A stretch of 64,000 nucleotides of DNA from an uncultured bacterium (GTDB lineage: Bacteria > Acidobacteriota > Thermoanaerobaculia > Multivoradales > JAHZIX01), in NCBI GenBank assembly GCA_965368975.1, contig CBDUPA010000012.1, forward strand, positions 83,540 to 147,539, given 5' to 3'. The translations under genes and the position numbers were made by a program. This document shows positions 37,639 through 48,330 of this stretch, piece after piece (the stretch's first letter is position 1; every line of letters begins with the position of its first letter). Under the pieces are notes generated by a model. That model made no database searches, was not told the origin of the DNA, and worked only from the letters and a program-made list of their open reading frames with translations.

Positions 37639-40362
37639 GTGGTCGTATGTCTCTTGGAGACAGTCGTTCGAAGAGCAGTGACAGCTGCTGCGATTCTGAC
37701 GCTTGTCGTGGGACTGGGCTTACAGGCACAGTCAGGGTCTGCTAACGCCCCGAAAGGGGCCCAGTTTGTCTTCGTGATCGATGATTCTGGCAGCATGGGG
37801 CAGCCGGAACACGGGCTTACAGACCCCGATCGGCTGGCTGTGTTCGCGGTGCGTGCTCTACTGGGTGTGCTCGACGACCGGGACTGGGCGACAGTTGTTC
37901 GTCTCAATGGCCCTCGCGAGGGTGAAGATCCGCTATCGCTGGCGCCTTTGGGAGATGCGCACCGAACCCGGCTGATGGAGGTTCTGCAGCTGGACGCGGA
38001 ACTGGCGCGATATGAGGGGGAGTACACGCCTTGCCGAAGGGCTCTACAGGCCGTCAAGCGGATGCTCGAAGGGTCGGATAGGCAGAACATTTCCCAAGTC
38101 GTGATCTTCCTTTCGGATGGCAAGTGCACACCGGTAACGCAAGGGGAAGATCGTGTCCTTGACTTTGCTGAAGGTTTGCGCTCGGCTCAGGGAGAGAATC
38201 CGCGCCTTCAGTTCTACTTTCTGCGATTCGAAGGGCAAGAGTACACTCCGGGGCTGGAGCAGCTGGCCGAGAACACCGGAGGTTCGGCGATCGAGGTCCG
38301 ACAGGGGGATCCGACGCGGATCCTCTACACCTTTGCGCAAGCGCTGGCCCGCTCGCAGGGCTACGAACCTCTGATCCTCAGTCCGAGCGTGCGGCAGCTG
38401 CCGGCCTACCGGGGGGCCAACCGAGTCCGCTTGCTGGCAATTGCGCGCGGCGATCAGGGAGAGCCGTTGGCGGTGCGCGTCCGGCGTCGTCAAGGGGGCG
38501 GAGTCGATACGGTGCCGATCGAGCAGGGCACCCACAGATTCCCGGGGCAACAGGGGTATCGCTTCGCTTCGGTGCAGTATCGGCCGGTCGAGCAGCCGGT
38601 GGAGGTGGAGGTGGTCGGAGCCGGCGAGGATTGGGAGGTCGTTGCCTTGCCGGAATATCACCTGGCGGTCAACCTGGCCTTGCGTCGTGGTGGCTGTGAG
38701 GAGGAAGGCGAGACCCTGGGTGGCGTCACGCCAGCCGGAAGCGGATTGTGTGCGGTGATCGAGCTAGTCAATGAGGAAGGGCGCGTGGTGGGCAAGGAGG
38801 TGACCACCGGGCAGTTACAGGCTTCCTTGCGTCAGACAGTCCCGGGTGGTTCCGAGCCTCGGCTGATTTCGGCAACGGAAGCTTCCTCGGATCTCGCCAG
38901 CTTCCGCTTGGATATACAAGGGCTCGAGAGCGGTCACCACGAGTTTCAGGGGCAGGTCCAGTTGGGGACCCAGGTTGACGATCCCCGAGTTCTGACGGGC
39001 ACTGCGCGAACACTGCAAGCAGTAGATCTGGCGATCCGGCCGGTTCCGAGTGAGCTGCGACTCGATCCAATCCAGCCCGGTGAGGTCAGCCGTCAGAGCC
39101 TGGAGATCCATGGCAACTTCGCGCCGTCGGAAGCCGTGGTCTCCTTGGAAGAGGGAGAGAATCTGCCGAGCTGCGTGACCTTAAGCTTTGACGGCAAGGA
39201 GCTTGGAGAGACCATCTCGATTCGTCCAAAGCAGGGCTACTGGGTCGAATTTCGGGCGGCCAAAGCCTGCGGCGAGACGCAAGGTCGACAGGTCGATGCG
39301 CGCCTGCGCCTGGAGCTTGCGGGACTCGATTCGATTGCCATACCGGTAACCTTTCGCTTGGAGAACAACGCCCAACGCCGAGATCCGACAACAGTGGAAT
39401 TGCGGGCAGGTACGACGAGAGAGGTCGATGTAGCAATCCCCGCGGCCTGGAATTCTTTCGACGTACAAGCAACCGCCGCCGAGAATGCGCAGGGCGAAAC
39501 CTATGAGTTGCTGCGCGCTGAGATTCTGAGCGAGCCTCCGATTCCCTCTGAAGACGGTGAAGCCTCAGGTCGCCAGCGAGTCGAGGGATTGACCGCTGAA
39601 CAGGGACTGTCTCTGCAACTCGTAGCTTCGGGCTGTTGCAGGTCCGGGACCTACGCCCTCGATGTCTACCTGTGGCCCAAGGTCGGTGCCACGACCATCG
39701 TACCGCTGGTCGTCGAAGTCGAGGCCAGCTGGTGGACCTGCTACGGCTCTTGGGTGCTCGCGGGGACCATCGGTCTCTTGGCTGGCTTGCTGGTGTTCTA
39801 TGTCCTGAGCATGTTCAGTCATACCACCTTGCTCGACCGAGACCAGCTGAGCGCTCGTCTAGTGCCCTTACGCTGGCCTCGCCATCGCGGCGCACCGCAA
39901 CCCGCCAGCAATCGCAGTAGTGACCGAGAAGAGGTCGAAGACATTGTGCACAGTGAAGTCTCTAGCCTGCAGCGGGTGCGGAGCTGGCTACGAGCCAATC
40001 CCCTGGTCTTTGGCTCGCCTGGGCGAGAGTACAGAGAGACGGCCGAACTCTTTTTGACCACTGATCTCGGGCTAACCTCGATTTCCCTGGTATTGGAGCG
40101 GGATGTCGTCGACCGACTCCGGACGAGCGAGGAGATCGACACTTGGGAAGAGGGGAGGCTCTTCGCGCGCGCCGGCAATCCCGTCTCCTTCTTTGTCGTG
40201 CGCGGTCCGAGCAAGAAAGTTCAGCAGATGACTCCGGAAGGCTGGTTCGGCAAGGTCGATGACCTGACTGTCGAGCAGGTTTCCAAAGGACAAAGATTCA
40301 TTCGTCAGCTTTCCATCAAAGAGCGCAAAGAAGGCGCTGTGGCCGGGTGGGTTCTGGAATAG
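37639..40362 (+). CDS. von Willebrand factor A domain membrane protein (signal peptide, extracytoplasmic vWA, C-terminal TM helix and cytoplasmic tail)
   Basis: MIDAS motif FVFVIDDSGSMG; C-terminal TM WVLAGTIGLLAGLLVFYVL; GTG start. Confidence 0.7.
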   Translation: MVVCLLETVVRRAVTAAAILTLVVGLGLQAQSGSANAPKGAQFVFVIDDSGSMGQPEHGLTDPDRLAVFAVRALLGVLDDRDWATVVRLNGPREGEDPLSLAPLGDAHRTRLMEVLQLDAELARYEGEYTPCRRALQAVKRMLEGSDRQNISQVVIFLSDGKCTPVTQGEDRVLDFAEGLRSAQGENPRLQFYFLRFEGQEYTPGLEQLAENTGGSAIEVRQGDPTRILYTFAQALARSQGYEPLILSPSVRQLPAYRGANRVRLLAIARGDQGEPLAVRVRRRQGGGVDTVPIEQGTHRFPGQQGYRFASVQYRPVEQPVEVEVVGAGEDWEVVALPEYHLAVNLALRRGGCEEEGETLGGVTPAGSGLCAVIELVNEEGRVVGKEVTTGQLQASLRQTVPGGSEPRLISATEASSDLASFRLDIQGLESGHHEFQGQVQLGTQVDDPRVLTGTARTLQAVDLAIRPVPSELRLDPIQPGEVSRQSLEIHGNFAPSEAVVSLEEGENLPSCVTLSFDGKELGETISIRPKQGYWVEFRAAKACGETQGRQVDARLRLELAGLDSIAIPVTFRLENNAQRRDPTTVELRAGTTREVDVAIPAAWNSFDVQATAAENAQGETYELLRAEILSEPPIPSEDGEASGRQRVEGLTAEQGLSLQLVASGCCRSGTYALDVYLWPKVGATTIVPLVVEVEASWWTCYGSWVLAGTIGLLAGLLVFYVLSMFSHTTLLDRDQLSARLVPLRWPRHRGAPQPASNRSSDREEVEDIVHSEVSSLQRVRSWLRANPLVFGSPGREYRETAELFLTTDLGLTSISLVLERDVVDRLRTSEEIDTWEEGRLFARAGNPVSFFVVRGPSKKVQQMTPEGWFGKVDDLTVEQVSKGQRFIRQLSIKERKEGAVAGWVLE

Positions 40363-40408
40363 AGCTCGAGGCCGGTCCGAAAACAAAAGCAAAATTGCGA
40401 GGTTGAAC

Positions 40409-43400
40409 ATGGCCAGAGATCGTAAGTTGATCGTCGAAGAACTCCTGACCAAGCCCAGCGGCGTGTGTCCGATGCTGTTCGTTGGTATGGGAGGAGCGGG
40501 TTGCAGGATGGTGGAGCGGATCGCCGGTCATCTCCGAGGTCGACCGGATTATAAAGAACGCTTCAAAGATCTGGTCAAGTTCGCCATGATCGACAGCAAT
40601 GTCAATGATCTGGAAGGGTATCGAGAAGTGGCCAATGCAACCTTCCTGATCAGTGACTTCGAGAAGGAGGAGTACGCCAATCTGGCCTCTGGCAAGAAGT
40701 TCCTGGAACCGCAGCAGTACTTTACACAGTGGGTGCCGTCGGACTATCGCTTCCGCTCCGGAGATACCTCGGGGGCTGGCCAGATTCGCATCGAATCTCG
40801 TCTGGGTGTTTACTACCAGATGAAGCACAAACAATTCGTGCCCAGATTCCGCAGTCTCTTGGAGAGTCTGAAGTCGCACGAGAACGGACATCGGAGGTTG
40901 GACTCCGACGAGATCCGGATCGTACTCTGCTATTCCGTCGCCGGCGGAACCGGCTCCGGTTGTCATCTGCCAGTGGCCTATATGTTGCGGGATCAGGCCG
41001 ACGACCTGGGCAAGCCGACTTTGATCGGTGTTGCGGTGTTGCCGGCGGTCTTCGAGGACAAGGTCGGCGTCAATAAGGATGGTGTTTTTGCCAACGGTTA
41101 TGCAGCTCTGAAGGAAACCGAGCATTTGATGAAGCTCGGTGCCCCGGATTCTCGGTTCTTTCCCGAGAAGGGGATCGAGTTTCACTACAACCCCGCCGAT
41201 GAATCGAAGCGAACGGTTCACGCGCGTCCCTTCGACTTCCTTTATCTGATCGACAAACCCGAGTCGTTCAGCGTTCCCGAGCCGGTGGATGCTGCGGCGG
41301 ACGGACTCTATCTGCAGTTCTTCTCGCCCCTCTACGGGGCCCAGCTCTCCGACTACGACAACTACACGCAGTACCAGAGGTTCTTGGTACCGGAAGACTT
41401 CGAAGAGGGAGGCATTCCGGGCTTCTCGACCTTCTATGGCTCCTACGGTTGCGCAGTGCTCCTGGTGCCGGTTCCCGGCCTGGTGGAGTATTGCAGCCAG
41501 GCTGCCGCCCTGGCGTTGATTCGGGCCAGCTTCATGGGGGATATCCCAGCGGATCCGATGTACGAGCCCTTGCGCATCGACAGCGACCGCTTCTATGAAG
41601 TCAAGGAGCGCGACGACGAGGATGCGCAGCTCTTCCAGGCTGCGGATATCCCCAGTCAGCCTCAGAAAGAGCGTCGCCGAAGGTTGTTCGATCGGCTTTT
41701 TGCCAAGCGGGTGCGCCTGCTGGCGGCGTGTGAGTACCGGGCTGACCGCGACGGCCGGTTCCGCGGCATCTTCCGGCACGGCCACTATCTCGGAACCATC
41801 CCGAAGCTCGACGGTAGCGCCGTCATGGACATGGAGCGGTTCGACGAAGAGGCCGAGCGCGAGCGCGAGCTGGTCGGTGGCAAGCTCAGCGTTTCGATCG
41901 GCGGCATCATCCTGCCCGCCTTGGTCGGACTGCCGGGGGACGACCCCGGACTCCTGCAACGGGCGCACCAAGCGATCAAGAACTTCAAGGTCGACAAGCC
42001 GCGTCGTGACATGCGGGTCAACGAACTACGAGCGCGCGGCGACGCGTGGCGGACGATGTTGAGGGATGAGGGGCGTCAACGCCTGCGCGATGGCTACAGC
42101 GATGGCACGGTGCAGGTGCCTGGCATGGAGAGCCTGGTGCAAATGGACTTCCTGCGCCGGGAGGCGGGAGAGGTCGAGCTGGCGGCCAAGCGCTACGCGG
42201 TGCTCTCTCTGCTCGACGCGGTGGATTGGGAACAAGCGCCGGAAGACGAGGCCGAGTCCAACTTCGATGTCCAGGAGAAGAAGCCCACGGCCAAGGCCGA
42301 CGATGCCTTGATCGAGCACGTAATCAACCAGGCTCGGGATCTGGCCTTCCGCGACATCCGCCGCGAGTTCCTGTCCCAATTGGGCGAGTTGCGCGAGGCG
42401 CTGGAGAGCATCGCCGACGAGATGCGGGAGCTGGAGCAGGGGTCGACCAACCTGGAGCGCGAGTACGGTCGTCGCCTGGAGCGCCTGCAGTTCCAGGGCG
42501 AGGAGTCGGCCAATCAGTACATCCTGGACGCCGAGGCGTTGCAAGGGGAAGACAATCGACGCTTCTGGGACTTCTACTTCGAGGACAAAATCGCAGCTCT
42601 GCCCGAGTTGTCGCTGAGCAATGCTCGCGTGCAACAAATCCTGAGTGACACCGTCATCGAGCTATCGCAGCGTACGGGCCGCAGCACGAGCACGTCACGC
42701 CTGGAGAAACTGTTCACCGCGTTGCGCAAGTATGCCCAGGACTTCCTCGACAAGCGGATCGGCGGTGATCGTCACTCACCGGACCTGGAACGTCGCGAAG
42801 GGTTGACGCTGTCGGATGCGCTGGAGCTGGAGATCACCTACCGAGCGCTCTATCGCAGCTACGCCGAAGCGATCCAGGGGCAGGGGGACAAGGTCATTCG
42901 TCGCATTCTCTCCGAATACCGCGCCCTGCCCGACGAGAAGCAGATCGATTTCGCGGAGCCCAAGCACCAGGACTATCTGCGCGACAAGATCAAGCGGGTA
43001 GTGCAGGAGAAGGCATCCCTGCTCTGTGTCTACAACCACTCACGCGATCAGCATGGTGGCGTGCGGCCAAACCATATCTTCCTGGCCGCGATTGATGAGA
43101 ACTTCAAGAACAGCAACATCGAACAGGCGCTGAAAGATGCCGACATCGATGATCTCAAGTGGGTGTCCGGCAGCTGGCACAACGCCAAAGAGATCGTCTT
43201 CTACCGCGCGGTGTTGAATGTTCCGCTTTACACCTTCGGTCGGCTCGACCAGATGAAGCACCACTATGAAAGCTTCCGCAGTCTGAGGCGGCGCTCGAAG
43301 GTGCTGCACATCGACAAGAACTGGGAGGGTGACCAGCTCTGTGACCTGGATCCGGGCACGCTCAAAGAAGTGCATCGTCAACTAACCGTGCGCGACCAGA

Positions 43401-44278
43401 TCATCAACTTCACCTCGCTGCTGAGCAGCAAGCATCCGCGCATCGATGAGAAGGGGGCTACCTGCATCTTGCGTCGGCGCGGGCGCTACTATCTGCTGGA
43501 TCCGACCCTCAGCAAGATACCCGATGAGCACGATCCTGGTTCGACCTTGTTGGGCGACGCCCTGGCCCGAGCCATCGAACGCTTGCCCGAGGTGCTCGAT
43601 GCCGAGCGCGTGAACTTCAGCGAGTACCGGGATTCGCTGCACGGTGTACGCAATGGCATGGCCCCGTGGCTGCTGGGCAAGATCTGCAGGTTACCTTTCC
43701 AGTGGCGCCTGCAATACGAAGATTTGAGCAACCACTATGGGCATCAGCGTTCGATCGAGCAGCAAGAGATTCTGCGTGATCTGAAAAACTCCTACGAGAA
43801 GCTCAATGAAGCGCTGGACTCTCTGCTCGCGGAACTGCGCAATCGTCGACTCGAGAGTCGGACCCGCAAGGAGGACTTCACGGTCTACGCTCGCCGCTTG
43901 ACCGCCCAGCAGGCCAAGGATGCACTGGATCAGAGCATCAAGGTGCTGGCCAACTACAGCGAGGCCTGGAGCAAGGTCGAGGACAGCTCGCAGGTCCCGG
44001 ATACCCCCGAGTCGTTCGTGGATCTCTTCCAGCCTCTGGACCATGGCAAGTTGCAGAGCATGCTCGACAAGTTGCACAAGCCGATCCTTGATGACGATGA
44101 TGACGATGAGGAAGGCGATGGCCCCGGCCCAGCCAAGCCCCCAGCGGAGCCGGTCAAGCGCCCAGCGGAGCCAGACAAGCCCTCAGCGGAGCCAGACAAA
44201 GACTCGGCGGAGCCAGACGAAGACTCTGCCACTGAAGAGCCTTCGGAACCAGATCCCACTGAAACCGAAGGGTCATGA
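40409..44278 (+). CDS. tubulin/FtsZ-superfamily GTPase with about 800-aa coiled-coil and acidic-repeat C-terminal extension
   Basis: G-box MLFVGMGGAGCRMV; tubulin signature SVAGGTGSGCHLPV; ATG 40409 with GAGG RBS (ORF-track TTG 40403 also possible). Confidence 0.75.
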   Translation: MARDRKLIVEELLTKPSGVCPMLFVGMGGAGCRMVERIAGHLRGRPDYKERFKDLVKFAMIDSNVNDLEGYREVANATFLISDFEKEEYANLASGKKFLEPQQYFTQWVPSDYRFRSGDTSGAGQIRIESRLGVYYQMKHKQFVPRFRSLLESLKSHENGHRRLDSDEIRIVLCYSVAGGTGSGCHLPVAYMLRDQADDLGKPTLIGVAVLPAVFEDKVGVNKDGVFANGYAALKETEHLMKLGAPDSRFFPEKGIEFHYNPADESKRTVHARPFDFLYLIDKPESFSVPEPVDAAADGLYLQFFSPLYGAQLSDYDNYTQYQRFLVPEDFEEGGIPGFSTFYGSYGCAVLLVPVPGLVEYCSQAAALALIRASFMGDIPADPMYEPLRIDSDRFYEVKERDDEDAQLFQAADIPSQPQKERRRRLFDRLFAKRVRLLAACEYRADRDGRFRGIFRHGHYLGTIPKLDGSAVMDMERFDEEAERERELVGGKLSVSIGGIILPALVGLPGDDPGLLQRAHQAIKNFKVDKPRRDMRVNELRARGDAWRTMLRDEGRQRLRDGYSDGTVQVPGMESLVQMDFLRREAGEVELAAKRYAVLSLLDAVDWEQAPEDEAESNFDVQEKKPTAKADDALIEHVINQARDLAFRDIRREFLSQLGELREALESIADEMRELEQGSTNLEREYGRRLERLQFQGEESANQYILDAEALQGEDNRRFWDFYFEDKIAALPELSLSNARVQQILSDTVIELSQRTGRSTSTSRLEKLFTALRKYAQDFLDKRIGGDRHSPDLERREGLTLSDALELEITYRALYRSYAEAIQGQGDKVIRRILSEYRALPDEKQIDFAEPKHQDYLRDKIKRVVQEKASLLCVYNHSRDQHGGVRPNHIFLAAIDENFKNSNIEQALKDADIDDLKWVSGSWHNAKEIVFYRAVLNVPLYTFGRLDQMKHHYESFRSLRRRSKVLHIDKNWEGDQLCDLDPGTLKEVHRQLTVRDQIINFTSLLSSKHPRIDEKGATCILRRRGRYYLLDPTLSKIPDEHDPGSTLLGDALARAIERLPEVLDAERVNFSEYRDSLHGVRNGMAPWLLGKICRLPFQWRLQYEDLSNHYGHQRSIEQQEILRDLKNSYEKLNEALDSLLAELRNRRLESRTRKEDFTVYARRLTAQQAKDALDQSIKVLANYSEAWSKVEDSSQVPDTPESFVDLFQPLDHGKLQSMLDKLHKPILDDDDDDEEGDGPGPAKPPAEPVKRPAEPDKPSAEPDKDSAEPDEDSATEEPSEPDPTETEGS
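44138..44226 (+). repeat. four tandem 21-nt coding repeats (PAEPVKR/PAEPDKP/SAEPDKD/SAEPDED) at the C-terminus of the FtsZ-like protein
   Basis: cc(c/t)cagcggagcc(g/a)g(t/a)caa(g/a) units repeated head-to-tail. Confidence 0.5.
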
Positions 44279-47200
44279 CCAACCTGGTGTATCCGGCTCC
44301 GGGTATCGTTGTGGGCGTTGGCCGCTTTGGGCTGGCGGTCCTCGAAAAGCTCGGCGAGGATTGGCAACAGCTGAAGCTATCGGGGGCCGGGCCGTCGTGC
44401 GAGAACCTACGCCTGTTTTGGGTCCATCCAGAGCAGGACGACGAGGGCTGTTGGCGGGAAATCGAGCTGCCCGAGCTGAACACCGCCAATTACAGTGAAG
44501 ATGGCGACTGGCCGTCGATCGTGCTCGACTTCGTGCTCTTGCGCACCATGGGATTGATCCGCTATCGCCATGGCATCTACCAGGTGGCTTCGCCGCGCGA
44601 TTGCGGCCCGGTGCGAACGGCCGATCTCGAGTATCCGGAGACCAAAGACAAAGAAGATCCTGAAGCAGAAGAAGCCAAGAAGGATCGCGAAGAAGATAAG
44701 CGACTGGTGCGCCGCCGCTTCTTCGACTGGCTCGACCTGGCTCCCGACCCCGTCGAGGCCGCGGAGCGACTGAAGAAGAAGGCCGAGCGTGAGCCGGTAT
44801 TGCACCTCTTCATCTCTCCCTTGCTGCACCGGGTGCGGCAGGGCCACAGCCCGTGGATCTTGATGGCTGCGATCCTGCGCTGTAGTTGCTTGCGCGCCGG
44901 TCGAGACCCTTCGCCGTGGCGCTGGGTTCGCGAACAGGAGGCGCAAGGCAAGATCGACCAGGAGGCCATCCAGACGGTATGCGAGGACCGTGACAGGTTT
45001 CTCGACCGTTTCGCGCCAGCACCCCTGAAGCCCTCACCACAGCCCGAGGTCGATGAGGGGGAAGTCGAGGGGAGAAAGACGGACGTCTGGAAGTTCGAAG
45101 AGACGGAGATCGTCATTCCCAAGATCTTTCGGCCCCAGGAGGGAGATCCGGAGCCGCCGATCGATACCTTTCACCTGCTGCGTGAGAACTGGCAGGTATC
45201 CGGCTGGGCGACCGATCTCGAGACGCAGAAACAGCAGGGTTTCAAACCGCTGCAGGTGAGCCATTTCCGCCTGGGTCTTTTTGACCACTGTCAACACCGG
45301 GAGTCGAGAGAGCCCGAGTTGACAAAGGCCTTCGAGAAGCGACTCAAGTGCACGTCCAGGCTCTTGCATCGGGGGCTGGTTCGGTTGTGGGTCGATCTCA
45401 AGCGCGAGCAGGTAGAAGAGCAGGCTCTCGCCACCGGTGAGCGCCGCCATCGCCTGCTCGATGAAGCACTACAGCAAAGCTTGAAGATCCTGGAGAAGTT
45501 GGTCGTGGATCCGCTGAAGGACGCTCCCGGCAAGGAGAAAGAGGGCGAGTGCTTGAGCGATCTCTTGCGCTGTCCGGTCGACTTGCCGGACCAGCCGACC
45601 CAGTTTCTGCGCAACCAGTGCTTCGATCCTGACTCGCGGTGGTTGCGGGACAGCGCCTTGGAACGACGCCTGGTAGCTCTCGGGCTGGGAGACCCGTGGC
45701 GCGCCGCGCCGCGACGGCGGGGATTGTTCCAGGAGGTGATCCTCGAGAAGCAAGCCGAGGGCGGCTGCGCTCCAGGCGAGAGCGATGATCGCCCCCGATG
45801 CACGGAGATCGCCAAAGAGCCCAAGTCCGCTGGCGAAGGCCGGGGTCGATTCCGCAAGCAGCTGAACCAGACGGTCCGAGAGTTGTTGGACTTTTCCTAC
45901 CTGGGAAGGTACCGCGAGCGCTTGACTCGCACACCGCCACGTCTGACGGTCTTTGTCGTCGGTGACATGAGCGAGCCCTTTACGCGCATCAAGATGCAGC
46001 AAGTCCTCAAGGACGTTCACTCGGAACTGCTGCGGGCCTTCAGCTCCGTGTTCGAACTGAACCGGGATGGCTTCGATCGTGCCTTGTCCGTCATGCCGAT
46101 TCTCTGGATGCCGCATCCGGCGGATCCGTTCGGTGGTGAGGAGCCACTGAAGACACGCCTGGAGGAGGCGGTGATCATCGATGCGGTGCACGGTATTCGA
46201 CGCTGGGTCGAGGCGGTGTTACCCGGTGCGCGGCGCCGGATCTCGCAGATTTTCATCAACAGCAGGGTCACGGACAACGCGGTCTTGAGCATGGACGACA
46301 GCGTCAACCAGACGCGCGACTTCCTATCCTTCCAACTGCGCAATGACCTATCGCGCGATGACTGGCTGCGTCGGACCGCGGTGGGTCCGGGGGGCGACGA
46401 CTACTTCGCCTCGTTCGCCTGCTGCGAGATCGAGTTCCCGGCGGAGAGGGCGCGCGAATACCTGGCCAATCGCATCGCTCGCGACTGCTTGCGTCAGCTG
46501 CAGGTGGAAGCTGAATGGCGGGGGCGCGAGGCGGTCAAGGTACCCGATCCCTCATCCATGGAAGAGCTGGTCGGAGAGGCGAGTTCGCGTCTGCAGCAGG
46601 AGACGGAAAGGGAGGCGAAGGGTCTGACGGACGCCATCTGGAATGCCCTGCCGCAGGGCGAGAGCTCCCGGCGCTGCATGCCGCGCAAGGAGATCCTGAG
46701 CCACTTCTCGGAGCGTTTCGAAAGCCGACTGTGGGCGGACATCACGCGACTGTGGCGACAGCTGACCCAGCGTCGAGGTCACATGGATGACTTTGTCGAT
46801 TCCTTGCGACACCAGATCTCCCGGCAGCTGCATGGTGCGCTGCCCGACATCCGGCGTCAGAGTGACGACGAGGTGTACCAGGCCAGTGGGCAAGGTATCC
46901 AGGCGGCACTCTCGCGCCTGCAGGAACGCCGCTGGCAAGCCTTCAAGCAGCTGCAGGAGGCGGAGGAAGAACGTCTCCAGGCCGAGGAGGCCTGCCAGCA
47001 GAATCAGCGGCCGAACCGTGGCAGGCTGTCGCGGGCCCGTCTGGCAGTCACGGAGGCAGCGAAAGCCAAGCCGGATTGTGGTCCGCAGCGCTTCGGTCTT
47101 CTCGCCTGGGGCCTGTTGGCTCCGATCACCGCGGTGTTGCCCGCTCGTTTGTTGGAGTCCGAACTGGGCTGGTGGGCGTTGCCTTTGGTGATTGTTTTGC

Positions 47201-48330
47201 TGATCGTATTGGCGGGTGTCTCGCTCTGGGCCTTGACGCGCCATCGGTATCGTCAGCTGCAGGCCGCGATCGAGACGATGGCATCGGCCGTTCATCGCAT
47301 GGTGTCCGGCGGCAGTGACTCTAGCCTGGTGGCGGCCGGGGCGTCCTTGCGTTCCTTCCTGGAGACCCGCCTGCGCCTGACCGCGGCGCTGGCCCGGCGC
47401 GGCTTTTCGCTCCACGTATTCGAGCAAGCGGCGGTGGATGAAGCTCTGGGTCTGCGCTTGCGCGAGAGCGTCGACATCCAGCTGCACAAGATGATGCGCC
47501 GAGCCGAGAGCCTCAAGGTACGTCCCGGCGGAGCCAGTGGCAACGAGCGCGATGATCTGCGAGATCTCTTTGTGCGGCGCGCCGGAGAACGCGTCGAGAA
47601 GCTGATCGATCCCGACCACCTGCTCGAGTACTACCACACCCGCGTGCGTCCGGACGACGTACCGGTGCAGGAGTTCATCGAGCAGGTCGGTGGTCTCCAA
47701 GATTGGCGCCGAACCGCGTGCCTGTCCGATTCCACGGCGGTCATGGCATGGGGACAGGAACTCTTCACTACCCTGGTCGACAAACCGATCACGGAACTCG
47801 ACTACTTCACCGAGGCGGTGGGGGAGCAGTTGCGGCGATTCGTCCTGCGCAATTACTCGAATATCGGTTTCGGGGCCAAGTTCCTGGGCTACGAAGGGCT
47901 GGATCCGGATGGCATCCGCCTGGTCGCCGATGCTTCCCTGGTGGCCGACCAGGCCTTGCTGCATGCCTATGCCTGGGCCGTGGAGCAGCAGGAAGACCAT
48001 GCCCGTCGCAACCGTGAGGTGAGTCGCGCGGCGCGCACGCTGGAGACGATCGCGGCCAAGGTCCGACCCAATGCCGCCTACATGCTCTCCTTGGTCCAGG
48101 GCGTGCGAGCCCACAGCGTACACAACCTGAAGCGCTTCGAGTCGTTCCATGATCGACCCGAGGGTCCGGACTCGGACGCGATCCACTACCTGACGGGCTA
48201 TGAAGAGAAAGCCAAAGAGTTTTACCAGTGGATCAGCGCCGAGGATGCCGCGCCGCGCGCACGGCAGGACGAAAATACTACGACTGCCAGCTCTGGGGAG
48301 ATAGAAGATCATGGACCCGACGTGGATTGA
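44275..48330 (+). CDS. 1351-aa protein with N-terminal FtsZ-like G-box remnant, long helical region and two C-terminal TM helices
   Basis: ATGA overlap with the FtsZ-like gene; N-terminus PGIVVGVGRFGLAVLEKL; TM pair LLAWGLLAPITAVLP / WALPLVIVLLIVLAGVSLWAL. Confidence 0.55.
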   Translation: MTNLVYPAPGIVVGVGRFGLAVLEKLGEDWQQLKLSGAGPSCENLRLFWVHPEQDDEGCWREIELPELNTANYSEDGDWPSIVLDFVLLRTMGLIRYRHGIYQVASPRDCGPVRTADLEYPETKDKEDPEAEEAKKDREEDKRLVRRRFFDWLDLAPDPVEAAERLKKKAEREPVLHLFISPLLHRVRQGHSPWILMAAILRCSCLRAGRDPSPWRWVREQEAQGKIDQEAIQTVCEDRDRFLDRFAPAPLKPSPQPEVDEGEVEGRKTDVWKFEETEIVIPKIFRPQEGDPEPPIDTFHLLRENWQVSGWATDLETQKQQGFKPLQVSHFRLGLFDHCQHRESREPELTKAFEKRLKCTSRLLHRGLVRLWVDLKREQVEEQALATGERRHRLLDEALQQSLKILEKLVVDPLKDAPGKEKEGECLSDLLRCPVDLPDQPTQFLRNQCFDPDSRWLRDSALERRLVALGLGDPWRAAPRRRGLFQEVILEKQAEGGCAPGESDDRPRCTEIAKEPKSAGEGRGRFRKQLNQTVRELLDFSYLGRYRERLTRTPPRLTVFVVGDMSEPFTRIKMQQVLKDVHSELLRAFSSVFELNRDGFDRALSVMPILWMPHPADPFGGEEPLKTRLEEAVIIDAVHGIRRWVEAVLPGARRRISQIFINSRVTDNAVLSMDDSVNQTRDFLSFQLRNDLSRDDWLRRTAVGPGGDDYFASFACCEIEFPAERAREYLANRIARDCLRQLQVEAEWRGREAVKVPDPSSMEELVGEASSRLQQETEREAKGLTDAIWNALPQGESSRRCMPRKEILSHFSERFESRLWADITRLWRQLTQRRGHMDDFVDSLRHQISRQLHGALPDIRRQSDDEVYQASGQGIQAALSRLQERRWQAFKQLQEAEEERLQAEEACQQNQRPNRGRLSRARLAVTEAAKAKPDCGPQRFGLLAWGLLAPITAVLPARLLESELGWWALPLVIVLLIVLAGVSLWALTRHRYRQLQAAIETMASAVHRMVSGGSDSSLVAAGASLRSFLETRLRLTAALARRGFSLHVFEQAAVDEALGLRLRESVDIQLHKMMRRAESLKVRPGGASGNERDDLRDLFVRRAGERVEKLIDPDHLLEYYHTRVRPDDVPVQEFIEQVGGLQDWRRTACLSDSTAVMAWGQELFTTLVDKPITELDYFTEAVGEQLRRFVLRNYSNIGFGAKFLGYEGLDPDGIRLVADASLVADQALLHAYAWAVEQQEDHARRNREVSRAARTLETIAAKVRPNAAYMLSLVQGVRAHSVHNLKRFESFHDRPEGPDSDAIHYLTGYEEKAKEFYQWISAEDAAPRARQDENTTTASSGEIEDHGPDVD

